Source: Octopus vulgaris (taxonomy: Eukaryota). Taken from it: 64,000 nucleotides of DNA. Where the stretch lies: positions 38,130,001 through 38,194,000 of the forward strand of contig OX597818.1 of the NCBI GenBank assembly GCA_951406725.2. Direction: 5' to 3'. Each line of letters opens with the position of its first letter. The stretch's first letter is position 1. Under the pieces are notes generated by a model. It did not search any database. It worked only from the letters and a program-made list of their open reading frames with translations, and was not told where the DNA came from. The position numbers and the translations under genes are program-made. Shown here piece after piece: positions 12,451 to 23,815 of this stretch.

Positions 12451-13089
12451 AATGTTAAAATGGTGGTTAGCAAACATCTGGATTCTGTGCTCAATATGTC
12501 CCTGTCAAGTCTAAACTTACTGTCTCCCAATCATCTCCATGACTCATGATGATTCAATCCCCACCCTCATATTATCACTCTCTTATTTACTCTATAAATC
12601 CTGCTGTTGTAATTCATGAAAACAGAACTCAATACTGCATCTTGTATCACACCCTTCCTGTACTTCCTGTCCTCTTTCTTGAGTCACTTCCTATGGATAC
12701 CCAAGTTTCATTTTTACCATTGATCATCTTCACCCCTTATTTACTGCTGACTGCCTCAACTCCAAATTCTATCTATCACTCACTCTACAACACACACGCA
12801 ATATTTACCCACCTTTCCAGATCCTTCTATTCCCATGCTCTCTTCCATTCACTTTCTTGAACATCTTACCTTGATAGTACACTCTGGCTCCTTGTCACCA
12901 TCATCTTTACCTCCCTTCTGACACCACTTCATCTACCCCCACCCATAAATAACATAGGGGTAGCCCTGAATCTCCTCCTACTCAACCCACCCCACTACAC
13001 TTCCAATCATTCTGTGACTCTCTCACTAATCCTTTAACACTAGTCTTTCTTTTTTTCTTTCATTTGTAAGGGCTCTTTACAATGCAATT

Positions 13090-13285
13090 TCATAGTGATA
13101 GAGCCAGGAAAAAGCACGCAACACACCCTGTTAAGTAGCTGGCATTGGGAAGGGCATCCAGTAATAGAAGCTATACCAAAACTGAGGCATAACAGCAAGA
13201 CATGGTTCTCCAGCCAGTTGGATCCCATCAAACCACCCAATCCATGCCAGCATGAAGAGTGAATGTAAAATGATGATGATGATGG
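13090..13285 (+). mobile_element. RTE 3' end (family E), diverged
   Basis: ggcattgggaagggcatcc..catgccagcatg..gatgatgatg. Confidence 0.6.
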
Positions 13286-14170
13286 TGTGTGTGTGTGTGT
13301 GTGCACGCGTGCGCATCCATGCACATACATATCATGAGCCATTCAAGAATTTTGACCGGGAGATCTCCATTTCCAGCGGCTTTGAGGGCCACCTCCCAGT
13401 GGTGTCAGGCATCAATGAAGAGCCCTTGACTACAAGACGACCAAAGTTGTTTTTTTTCCCAAGGTCTGGGGTCTCCCGCCCCTAAGCCCTAGACCATCAC
13501 CTAATCACCCCTACCCATCTTGTTGCTTAACAACTACATATCATCATACTGAAACTTCTTTCAACATCTCACTTAAAGTCATTGCTCTTTCTCTCTCTCT
13601 GCCCTATTTTCCTTTTAATTTATGGAGGATCTTTAGCCTTCTGAGTCACTGGTGCTGGAACCTCAACAAAATGTATTTTGTACATGGTTGGCAAATCATG
13701 TAGCTACAACATAGAGTTGAGATGACTCTTTAGTCTTTCCAAGGGTCTTCACAACCTTTCAAGTGCTAATACTGTGAGAAAATGCAAGCAGTACACACTG
13801 TAAAGTATCTGGTATTAGGAAAGGTACAGTGGAATCCCAGGCATTTTATATAATAGATGTGCAGAGTAAAAACACTAAAAGTGCACGAGGAACAGATTCT
13901 CTCAAATGTCCAGAAAGGTCCCAAAAAATAGCTGAGAGCTTCCGTTACCTTGGTGATCTAATTAGCAGTGGAGAAGGACATTCTGAAACCATGCCAAATA
14001 GGTATTTGAGCATAATATGATTGTTTGTCATCATCATTATTCTGTATCTGCTTTCCATGTCAATAAGGGTTGGATAGGTCATTATAGTCTAAATCATTTC
14101 TTACTGGAGGTCATTGCTTCTATAGACTGATGCTCAGACATATCATTTGGTTTGGCTTCTATGGTTGGAT

Positions 14171-14428
14171 GTGGAGGCGCGTGGTTTAGTGGTGAGGGTG
14201 TCAGCATCATGATCATAAGATTGTGGTTTCAATTCCTGGACCAGGCGATGCGTTATGTTCTTGAGCAAAGCACTTCATTTCACATTGCTCCAGTCCACTC
14301 AGCTGGCACAAATGAGTAACGCTGCGATGGACTGGCATCCCATCCAGCTGGGGAACACATATGCCATAGAAACCGGGCAACCGGGCCCATGAGCCTGGCT
14401 AGGCTTTAAAAGGGCGCATTTATTTATT
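14171..14428 (+). mobile_element. tRNA-derived SINE, head type D
   Basis: gtggaggcgcgtgg..ctgcgatggactggc..ctaggctttaaaagggcgcat; matches 44355 and 31420. Confidence 0.85.
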
Positions 14429-14833
14429 ATCTATTCTATGGTTGGATGCCCTACCTGTCACCAAACAATTTACAGAGTATATCAAGTGCATTTTCTCATA
14501 GCACCAACACTAGAGCCTTTAGTGAGACAGGACTTAAGATAGCTCACAAACCTACACTTTCTCTGCTCATTTGCCAACCACTTTATATCATGTACTGAAT
14601 GCATTTCTATGACATCATTATCAAAGAAGTCTTTCTTGCCATTCACCCATCACCTATTCTTAACCTATCTCCAACTGTTACCTTTGTCAATTTCTGTTAT
14701 AGCCAATCACCCCCCTCTTCACTCAACTCCAAATAACAGTCTATTACAACTGATCCTCCTCATCTCATTATTCCATCTTCAAATACCCTCCTTGGCCATC
14801 TAAGCAAATGTACATGTCCTAGGTTATTGAGTA

Positions 14834-15345
14834 CCGTAAATCTTCGAGTATAGTCCACCCATGAGTATAATACACAGTGGATTTTTAGGGGACTGTACCT
14901 CTGAAAAACCTAAACCTTGTGTATAATATGCACCCCTTCTCTAACTTGAGTCAAGGAGGTCTATATAACGCCCTTGGTTTGTAAAAATGTATATGGTAAC
15001 GTCCTTTATTATTATTGTATATATAACATAATGCAAACGTGTAGCTTTTTTGGGTATTTTGTTTGCAGAAAATAAAGAAATAACAGTAATAACGTTTAAT
15101 AAATGTTGCTTACTGCAAGTTATGGATGATTCTTTTTATGACTTCATTACTATCAGGCTTAGCTTAAGGTATTTTCGCACCCAACATCACAAAATGCATC
15201 TGAATAAACATTGCCGGACAGCAAATAGAGACTCGGGCATTGCTTAGAAAATAATTTTCATTTTTAACCTGGTATATAGTACGCACTAGGGATTTTGACC
15301 TTTAAATTTTGGGAAAAAATGTGGATTATACTCAAGGATTTACAG
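14834..15345. mobile_element. pogo/Tigger-like (Tc1-mariner superfamily) MITE
   Basis: TIR ccgtaaatcttcgagtatagtccac / gtggattatactcaaggatttacag, TA on both sides; second copy at 36581. Confidence 0.85.
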
Positions 15346-15988
15346 TACACTTTACACTTACATTTTCGTTTCCCCTACCTATTTCTGACCCCACCTATTT
15401 AGTCTACATGTCTTAGGTTACTGAGTATTTTCTACATTTCCTATGTTGGTGCTAGGATGGGAAATCATAAAATTATGCTCACACCAGAGTGACTGGTGAA
15501 CAAGACACCTTCTCTAGTGTTGGTACCTGTCATGTCTATGTATAAACACACACACATGTGCATATATATAATATGATGTAGTTTAATAAAAATCATATAA
15601 AAAAATGATGCTCATGACTCCAAGTTTCATGTAAAGTTGATCAACCAACACTCATCATATGTGCATGTTATGAATTTAAGTTGCACACCTGGTAGGTAGA
15701 GTGATCAGTTTTGCAAGAAACTCAAAGCCATGAGCGTTGTTTGTTAGTATGATTGTCATTAAACTATTTTATATACACTCACTATTTTTGTATAGTAAAG
15801 TGCCATAACATATCACATATATACAGTAATACTGTAGATATGATACATATATAATAAATATAAAATATGCATTATTTATATATATATATATATACACACA
15901 CACATATACCCATTTAGTGTTAACTGTCAGAAAAAAGAATATTCAATATCATAGTGGAAATTAATATTTATTTTGGTCACGTCAGCCT

Positions 15989-16036
15989 CTTGCTACTCTG
16001 AGTTTCAACTGTAGGCACAGAAGATCTTCAGGCAAG
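15989..16036 (-). ncRNA. Minimal type I hammerhead ribozyme-like motif (Penelope-type), probably degenerate
   Basis: Minus strand CTTGC-CTGAAGA-TCTT.CTGT.GCCT.ACAG.TT-GAAA-CTCAGAG-TA-GCAAG: stem I CTTGC/GCAAG and both core boxes present, stem II closing pair lost. Confidence 0.45.
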
Positions 16037-16065
16037 TTGCGACTGATGAGCATAGGGTGATCAGC

Positions 16066-16103
<38 letters not shown>

Positions 16104-16699
16104 CGTGTGTGTGTGTGTTGGCTGTAAAAAACATAAATCCAAAAGAAGCACACTCTAAAATATAGAGCAGTATATATCAAAAATGGGGAAGGCCAGTTTA
16201 TGGGATTACCTTAGGTTTCCTGTCCATAAAGAGTTTAGCTTTATGGCAAATCATCAGATCCCAAAACCTGTTGGCCCAAGACTTAAGAGGTCATGGACCC
16301 ATAAACCGGCCTTCCTCATTTTAAATATTTATATATGTATACACATAGACATACATACACACAATACATATATAATTTAAAGATCCAATAGAGATAGAAT
16401 CAACCAAAAAAAATATTCCATCCAGTGAGAGATAAATACCAATTTAAATACACAACTGAAAGAGATACTAACAGTTTCATGCTTTCATGATACTTGAACA
16501 GAAATATTTATAAAATACACCAAGTTTCTTAAAGCAACCTTTTCAGTATGAACATCATTAAATTATATCATAAAGCCTGAAAGATTGCTTTAAGATACAT
16601 GGCATATTTTATAAATATTCCTGTTCAAGTACAAAAAAAGCATGAAATTATTAGTAGCTCTTTTGGTTGTGTATTTAGAGAGAGATACATATATATTCT

Positions 16700-17037
16700 T
16701 TTATTCTTTTACTTGTTTCAGTCATTAGACTGCAGCCATGCTAGGGCACCACCATGAAGAATCTTAGTCAAAAGGATCTACCTTACTACTTAACTTTTCC
16801 TTTTTTTTTTGAACTGCTAAGTTGACACTGGTGGTCATGTGGTGGTGGTGGGGGAGACAAACAGAGACACAAACACACACACACATGTGTGTGTGCATGT
16901 GTGTATACAACATACTTCCTTCAGTTTCTGTCTACCAAATCCACTCATAAGGCTTTTGTCGGCGCCCGTGATTAGAGTTGTCGTGCAGTGGGACCAAACA
17001 TGGAACTATGTGGTTGGAAAGCAAACTTCTTACCGTG
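16700..17037 (-). mobile_element. SINE family A, degenerate
   Basis: cttttacttgtttcagtcattagactgcagccatgc..ctaccaaatccactca. Confidence 0.7.
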
Positions 17038-17094
17038 CACACACACACATACACATATAGACATACATATACACACATACACACACACATATAT

Positions 17095-17153
<59 letters not shown>

Positions 17154-17600
17154 CATACATACATGATATGATGGCCGTCCACTTGTGACCAAGGAAGACC
17201 ATTGCTGACCTCCAGGAACATTGTGCGCTCTAGGACTAACTTATATTTTGCATTTGCGGCTCCATTGGTGGCTAATGGGCCCTGCTCTTGACAAGCATAC
17301 ACGACTGCAAACATTGCAAACCAAGGTTTCCCCATTCACTACACCACCAGTGTGCTTTTGAGCAGCACACTTAATTTCTTTATGCAAAATACGTGCTCAC
17401 TCAACTTAACCTGCTTCCTCCATCTGTGGCAATGACAGGCATTGTTCTCTGAATCAGTATCCTGCATATCACAGGCCTTTAAACACATGTACACATATTT
17501 AAATGTATATGCATACAAAGGAATCAATTATAATAATAATAATTGATTCCTTTGTATGCATATACATATGTATTTGTAACTTAAACTTATGAACTTTCTA

Positions 17601-17728
17601 AACTCTCTGACGAAGCCCAGAGACGCACTCAAGTACCTTAATCTTATCTACCAAATACCTCAGTTCACTGGAGTGATAAAAGTAGAATGGGGTACTATGG
17701 CCTCTTGGCTGAAACAACTGTAAGATAT
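17601..17728 (+). ncRNA. Hammerhead-like motif with ~90-nt stem II insertion (Penelope pLTR-like)
   Basis: CTGACGA-AGCC (17607-17617) ... GGCT-GAAA-CAACTG-TA (17707-17722); stem I weak. Confidence 0.35.
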
Positions 17729-17937
17729 TATCCTAATTTCTATGCTCTATGTTATATATTTTAATAATCACTGGTATTTTATATATTATATATGTAAAGC
17801 ATAATATGTTATACATGTATGTATATTGTTATAATTGTCTTTTTAAAAAATAAATAGACATAATATAATGTCAAAAAGTTGATGAATACCACCTCTTGAT
17901 CCACTCCATTTTCTTATTGCTGTATATATAATCATGA

Positions 17938-17977
<40 letters not shown>

Positions 17978-17984
17978 AGTTGCT

Positions 17985-18310
17985 GAGACCCCCTTCGGTC
18001 ATGATTGACCATGGGACTGCACCTAGAAAAGTTACCCTTCCAGGCACAAGTCCGGGCAAGGTTGTTTTTATGGAAGACCAACAGTCACCCATGCATACCA
18101 GCCTCCCCTCTCCACGCCACCAGTGTTATCCAAGGGAGAGGCAAAGGCTGATACAGCTTGGCACCTGTGACGTTGCAACTCCTTTCTACAGCTGAGTGAA
18201 CTATAGCAACGTAAAATAAAGTGTCTTGCTCAAGAACACAACACGCAGCCCGGTCCGGGAATCGAACTCACAGCCTCACGATCGTAAGCTAGATGCTCTA
18301 ACCACTGAGC
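17985..18310 (-). mobile_element. tRNA-derived SINE, D-like head with tail type 2
   Basis: ccttcggtcatgattgaccatggg tail plus gctcaagaacacaacacgc..ggaatcgaactc head. Confidence 0.75.
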
Positions 18311-18554
18311 TATATATATACGTATATAAATATATATACGCATATAAGTATACATACATACATATACGTATATAAATATACATACATACATATACGTATA
18401 TAAATATACATATATACATATATATATACGTATAAAAATATACATATATACATATATATACACATACGTGTATACATACTTATATATACACATACAATAT
18501 ACACACACACAAACAGACAGACAGATATGATGATATATATGTATACATAATAAT

Positions 18555-18900
18555 TTTTTTATCTTTTATTTGTTTCAGTCACATGACTGGGGGTCATGTT
18601 GGAGCACCACCAAGGCAAGTGTAGTTAAATAACTCGACCCCAGAATTTATTTTTAAGTCTGGTACTTATTTTCTCGCAGCCGTTTCCCAAATCACTGAGT
18701 TACAGGAACGTAAACAAACCAATTCCGGTTGCCAAGCTGTGGTGGAGACATACACAAACACACACATGCATATGTATATATTCATGCATGTATATGACAG
18801 ACTCCTTTCAGCTTTTATATATCAAATCCATTCACAAGGCATTAATTGACCGAGGCTACAGTATAAAACACTTGCTCAAGGTGCCGCTTTCTTGTGGCTT
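18555..18900 (-). mobile_element. SINE family A, degenerate
   Basis: tgtttcagtcacatgactg..ggagcaccacc..caaatccattcacaaggc. Confidence 0.6.
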
Positions 18901-19044
18901 CTTAACTATAATATATATAAAACAAAACTTCCAATGCTTATATAATATATATAAAGCAATATATTATATATAACATTATATGTGCGTGTAATAATACAGG
19001 CCTATATATTATACTATATATATATGTATTGAATTATTATTAGT

Positions 19045-19086
<42 letters not shown>

Positions 19087-19973
19087 ACTAATAATAATTC
19101 AATATGACGATTATATAACAAAATAAGTCTGTATTTGAAAGGTTAATTATCGTTGATTCTATAGAGATGTAACGTGTCGGCCTGCAGTTGTACCGAAGCG
19201 GCAGAAACTCAATTCGCTGAACTTTGAAGAATTTTAGCAAGATGAGGAAATCTAAGAGTTTGTGCTCCTTCCAACAAGCATTACAGACGTTGTGGATTTA
19301 TTTTAGAAACGTTTTATAAAAATGTGACATATCATCAGCTTTAAGAATATGTATAATTACGGCAGAACACGATAATAAAATTCTTTACATGTAAACATTA
19401 CTCGCTGTCAGTCACATCCATCGATTACAATTGTCAAAGTAAGCAAAAACTTTCTAGAAGTTTTGAAATTTAAGTATCATCGATGCAGTAAGTGTCGCCG
19501 AAGGAAAATTCTTTAGATTTGTTTGTGTCACATCTTATCATTTCTTCTCTAAACATTACTTTAACTACATTTCAGGCTTCTTGTATTACGAAAGAGATAT
19601 ACACTGAGTAAGAAATGTCAACTTGTCCCAAATAAGAAAGTTTAATTTGTATTACATCTTGATTGTTGATTAGTTGTTTATCGGATAAAAGTTTCACCAT
19701 TAAGTTAGTACCCATCCACTATAGTTAATGGAAATACAAATAACTACTAAAACTTTCAACAGAGAAAGGGGCTTAGAGTTTACACTCTGTGTAAATATAA
19801 TAGGAAACGAATTAAATGTCATTCGAATGTAAAAGGCCCACGAAGTCTGTAACGCCAATGTATTAGAGAACGTTTCAGGTTTAACCTAATTTTAAGGGGT
19901 TACGTTCGATATAAAGGGGTATTTCAAATATGCAGTTCATTCATGTAAGGGGAAAAAAAGTATTCGGACTTAC

Positions 19974-20405
19974 CTTATAATGACAGAACTGTAAATAATC
20001 GTATGGCATTCGCATCTCGAAATCGTCTTCGATATCAAAGTGAACAGATACATCAGGCCTGTTTGGCATGTTCTTTTGTTTACACATTCGAACACAGTTC
20101 GATACTTTGATAATCTTGAAGAAAAACGGTATCATATTCTCCAAATCCGGGGAGACTGAAGTTTCATTTTCATTCATCACCTTTCCTCGACATTCACGCC
20201 GACAACTAATTAAAGTACTTCGGTAGAATTTATAATCTTTCAAAGCATCTTTGATATGTTTCACACAATCAACCCAACCTTGACTACTGTAAGCTTCCCT
20301 TGCCCTGCTGTATATTAGATCGTATGTATCCGATGATGGTTCGATTGCTAATATTTGCGCAATATTCACCAGGCAGAAGCCCAGAATAAGTCCCCTTATC
20401 GCCAT
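19974..20405 (-). CDS. Coding exon 1 of a leprecan-family protein (prolyl 3-hydroxylase P3H1/2-like or cartilage-associated protein CRTAP-like)
   Basis: Signal peptide MAIRGLILGFCLVNIAQILA; YDLIY..AY..W; two CxxxC motifs (CRREC, CVRMC); F.xR.PYDYLQFCHYK resembles vertebrate P3H1 PYNYLQVAYFK and CRTAP PYKFLQFAYFK; ends at phase-0 donor AAG|GTAAGT (144 codons). Paralog cannot be fixed from one exon. Confidence 0.9.
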
Positions 20406-21270
20406 GTTATATAAATATAAATCCTTCTGTATAAAAATATATATATATAAGTTTCAAAAAGTATTCTAATAAACAGCCTATTGAAAATTTACATCACAAA
20501 CAAATCATTTATAAAAAGTTGTTCGAAGAATTTCGGTGGTGAAACAACAAAGTATCTAAAAATCGCAGATGAGAGCCGATGGAGACAAGCTAAGAATTAT
20601 TCTGCTGATTCAGGTGATTGTAACGATAGCAGAGCCAAGAATGGGACACGTGTACAAAAAAAAAAAAATTAAAGGCAAAGGCGGAATAGAGACTTAGACG
20701 AGGAAGAATATAAATATGCGTCTGACAATATATTTAACTATAAGCAAAACACTAGCTCGCTTGTATATTCATATAATATTGAAATAAATGGTGTTTGCAG
20801 CAGCATGAGAAGAGAAAATAACTTTTTTCCGCATGCTCTCTTTCTCGCTTTCTTCTTCCTAAAGTGACGACTGTGTTTCGCTGACTGCTTTGTTGACTGC
20901 TCCTGATAGAATCACATTACAAGTGTGGTAAGAGTTACTTTTGAGTAGGCCGACACGTAAGAAGGCCAGCTTCTCCAACTATGATATGTACACACACACA
21001 AAAAAAAAAAGTCAGCAATGATTAGATATATAAAGTTTGTAAAAGGGAAAGCTGGAAAACGAAATTTGGCAATTTTTGTGCCTGAATTAAAAATGATTTC
21101 GTCCATCCTATTTAGAAAAGCTGATTACGCTTTATCAAATATAGTACCAACGTTTATTATTTCTGACATATGAACAAGTGGCGAAATTTAATTTTAATCA
21201 ATAAAAATTTCGAGAGTTGTCCCGCTTTTTTTTTTTACCAAACTTGATAATTTAGGTAGTGATTATTCTC

Positions 21271-21690
21271 AGGCGGGGCTGTGCGGTAAGAAGTTTTACC
21301 CAACCACATAGTTCCGGGTTCAATCTCACTGTGTGGAAACTTGGGCAAATGTCTTCTACTATAGCTCTGGATCGACCAGAGTCTTGTGAGTGGATTAGGT
21401 AGACAGAAACTGATAGATAGATAGATGGACGGACGGACGGACAGACAGACAGACAGACAGACGGATGGACGGACGGACGGACAGACGAACGGACGGACAT
21501 ATGTGTGTGTGTGTGTCTTTGTGTTCGTCACCCACTTGAAAATTGGTGTTGGTTTGATAACGTCCTCGTAAACAGCGGTTCGGCAAAAGAATCCGATAGA
21601 ATAAGTGGTCGAATCATTCGACTAAAAACCCTTTAGACAGTGCCCCAGCACGGCCACAGTCAAGCGATTGGAACAAGTAAAGGATAAAAT
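21271..21690 (+). mobile_element. SINE family A with internal (GACG/GACA)n
   Basis: ggctgtgcggtaag head; gtgccccagcacggccacagtc..aacaagtaaa tail. Confidence 0.8.
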
Positions 21691-21809
21691 ATCACTGAAG
21701 AAAGGTGTAATTGTAATTAATTTCTTATTTACAAAGCTGTCATCTTCACAAAAGAGAAGGAAGAACTGACAGATATGCACACTTTTCTAGAAATAGCTTT
21801 AATAATTAT

Positions 21810-22000
21810 TCTTTTTATTTTAGGCAAAAGGCTTATTCTGGTATTCTGGCATTCTGTTATTCGACTGGTACTTGCTTTATTAACTCCGAAAGAATGAGGG
21901 TAACGTCTGCTTCGACGGCATTTGAACTCAGAACGTAAAGACAGATTAAATGGCGCTAAGTATTTTGCCCGGCGTGCTAGCAATTTTATCAGTTTGCTAC
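21810..22000 (-). mobile_element. SINE family B, degenerate
   Basis: actggtac..tttgaactcagaacgtaaagacag..gcccggcgtgcta. Confidence 0.65.
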
Positions 22001-22519
22001 TTTACTTATAGTCGTAATAATAATAAAATTTCTCATAATAATCTAAATTAATAATCTAAAATTTCTCAACTCTTCATATTCCTCCACGGGCGGCAGGGTA
22101 TCGTACAACACAGGCCCGTCAATCATAGTCACCAATTCACGATATGAATCCATGAATACTTCGTATCTTTCGTCATTCAATAGAACACACCCTTCATTCT
22201 CCTTGAATTTCTCCCTAAGCAGCTTTGCCCTTACTAATCCCTTCTACTTGGATACTAACTCCACATTCTTTACATAGAAGATCAAGAATATTTTATGTCT
22301 AAATTCTTTCTCTCTTGGTTCCGTCTCTACTGTATGCGTATGCTTGAGTTTAAGCGGCTCCCTACCTTTGGGGGGCGTCCTCTCTGTTTCTGCTGCTGGT
22401 CCTTGCGAGTGTTCTCTTGATTCTGCCTTTTTTTTTTCTCTCTTTTTGGGGCTGACAAACCCGTCACTCCCCTCCTTTGCCACTTTCGTTCTTCCTTCGT
22501 CTTTACTTCTTCTGTGTCT

Positions 22520-22668
22520 AATCAGTTTGTGCCAGTCGCGAGGCCAAAACATCTCTGAAAGTTTCATCCGAGTTCATCCAGCGGTTCTTGAGATATCTTA
22601 TCCACAGACAAACAAACACGACTGAAAACAATACTTCCGCCTTAGCGAAGGCGGAGGTAATAATAATA
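22520..22668 (-). mobile_element. Helentron-associated (HINE/DINE-like) terminal fragment
   Basis: Terminal hairpin ttccgcctt-agcg-aaggcggag, adjacent acagacaaacaaac microsatellite and gagatatc motif. Confidence 0.45.
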
Positions 22669-22939
22669 ACTTGGAATATGGAAACTAAAGGTTGTATCTG
22701 TAATAATTGGTGCATTGGGAACTGTAGGCAAATATATAGACAAATGGTTGAAGAAGATTGGAATAGAATGTCCTGTAGAGCTTCTACAAAAAATTTGCCT
22801 CTCAGGGACAGGAAAGACTATCAGGAGGGTTCTAAGCACTTGAAAGACTGTTGAAAACTAGTGAATACCTAAGGTTACAGGTAGTATATCCCGCTGCCCA
22901 CATAAATCCTACCAATAATAATAATAATAATAATAATAA

Positions 22940-23140
22940 TTTTGGCCCAATGCCAGCTATTTCGGGGGATGGGTTAAATCGATTACATTGACCCCAGTGC
23001 TCAGCTGAAACTTATTTTATCGACCCCGATAGGATAAATAGCTAAGTCGACCTCGGCGAAATTTGAACCCAGAACTTAAAGCCGGACGAATTGCCGCTAA
23101 ACATTTTGCCCGGCGTGCTGACGATTCAGCCAACTCGCCA
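22940..23140 (-). mobile_element. SINE family B
   Basis: gtcgacctcggcgaaatttgaac..gcccggcgtgctgacg..ctcgcc; (TAA)n flank. Confidence 0.75.
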
Positions 23141-23374
23141 ACTTTGATTTCAATAGTAATGATTTCTTACACAATATCTCTATATACGAATACATACCAG
23201 TTCATATACACCAAGATAATTGGTGATGTGTGTGAACGAGAGCGTTTACATGTATCTTAATTTTCAAACAACTTGTTTATAGTCGTTTGTTCAAATAACC
23301 TGCATACATTTCTATGTGTTTCTGAGAAGAAACTTTATTCTATCTCACCTCAGTTCCCCTAACTGCATGTTAGT

Positions 23375-23815
23375 GGATCATTTCACTTTGACTGGCAGAT
23401 TTTAAAAATAATTTCTTTGTAACTAAACACTTTTAAACTTGGCTTTCTTGAGAAAATTCTGTAGTTTGTAAGCTATTTGTTGTTTAATTTCTTGCATTTC
23501 GGCAATTTCAACCAATCAATGCCGCTTATTGAGATGAATACAATTTCTGCCGTAGCTTGTCAACAACATTTTCAATCCTAACCCTAACCATAACCCTAAA
23601 ACAGATTGAAATGCAATAGATCGATACTAGGGTCATAATTATGGGTGGACACTAAAGAGGGAACGGTTTTGTTATCCAGCTCTGTTTACGAGTGACCCCT
23701 CAGTTTAAGGCCACAGGGTATCTTTTTTCTCATAAATAACAGTGACTAATTCATATGACACCGCAAATAATTGTTGTTGACGAAGATTCGGAGAAATTGT
23801 ATGTCGAAAAGATCC
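23375..23815. mobile_element. Older GG-terminated MITE of the 27208/42077 family with a ~100-bp insertion
   Basis: ggatc...gatcc ends, shared gtaactaaacacttttaaa, caaccaatcaat and ccctaaaacagattgaaatgcaatagatcgatactaggg. Confidence 0.7.

Noticed and set aside
16932-18510. YI/HT/VC-rich ORFs
   Set aside because: Translations of (TA)n, (CA)n and mixed microsatellites.
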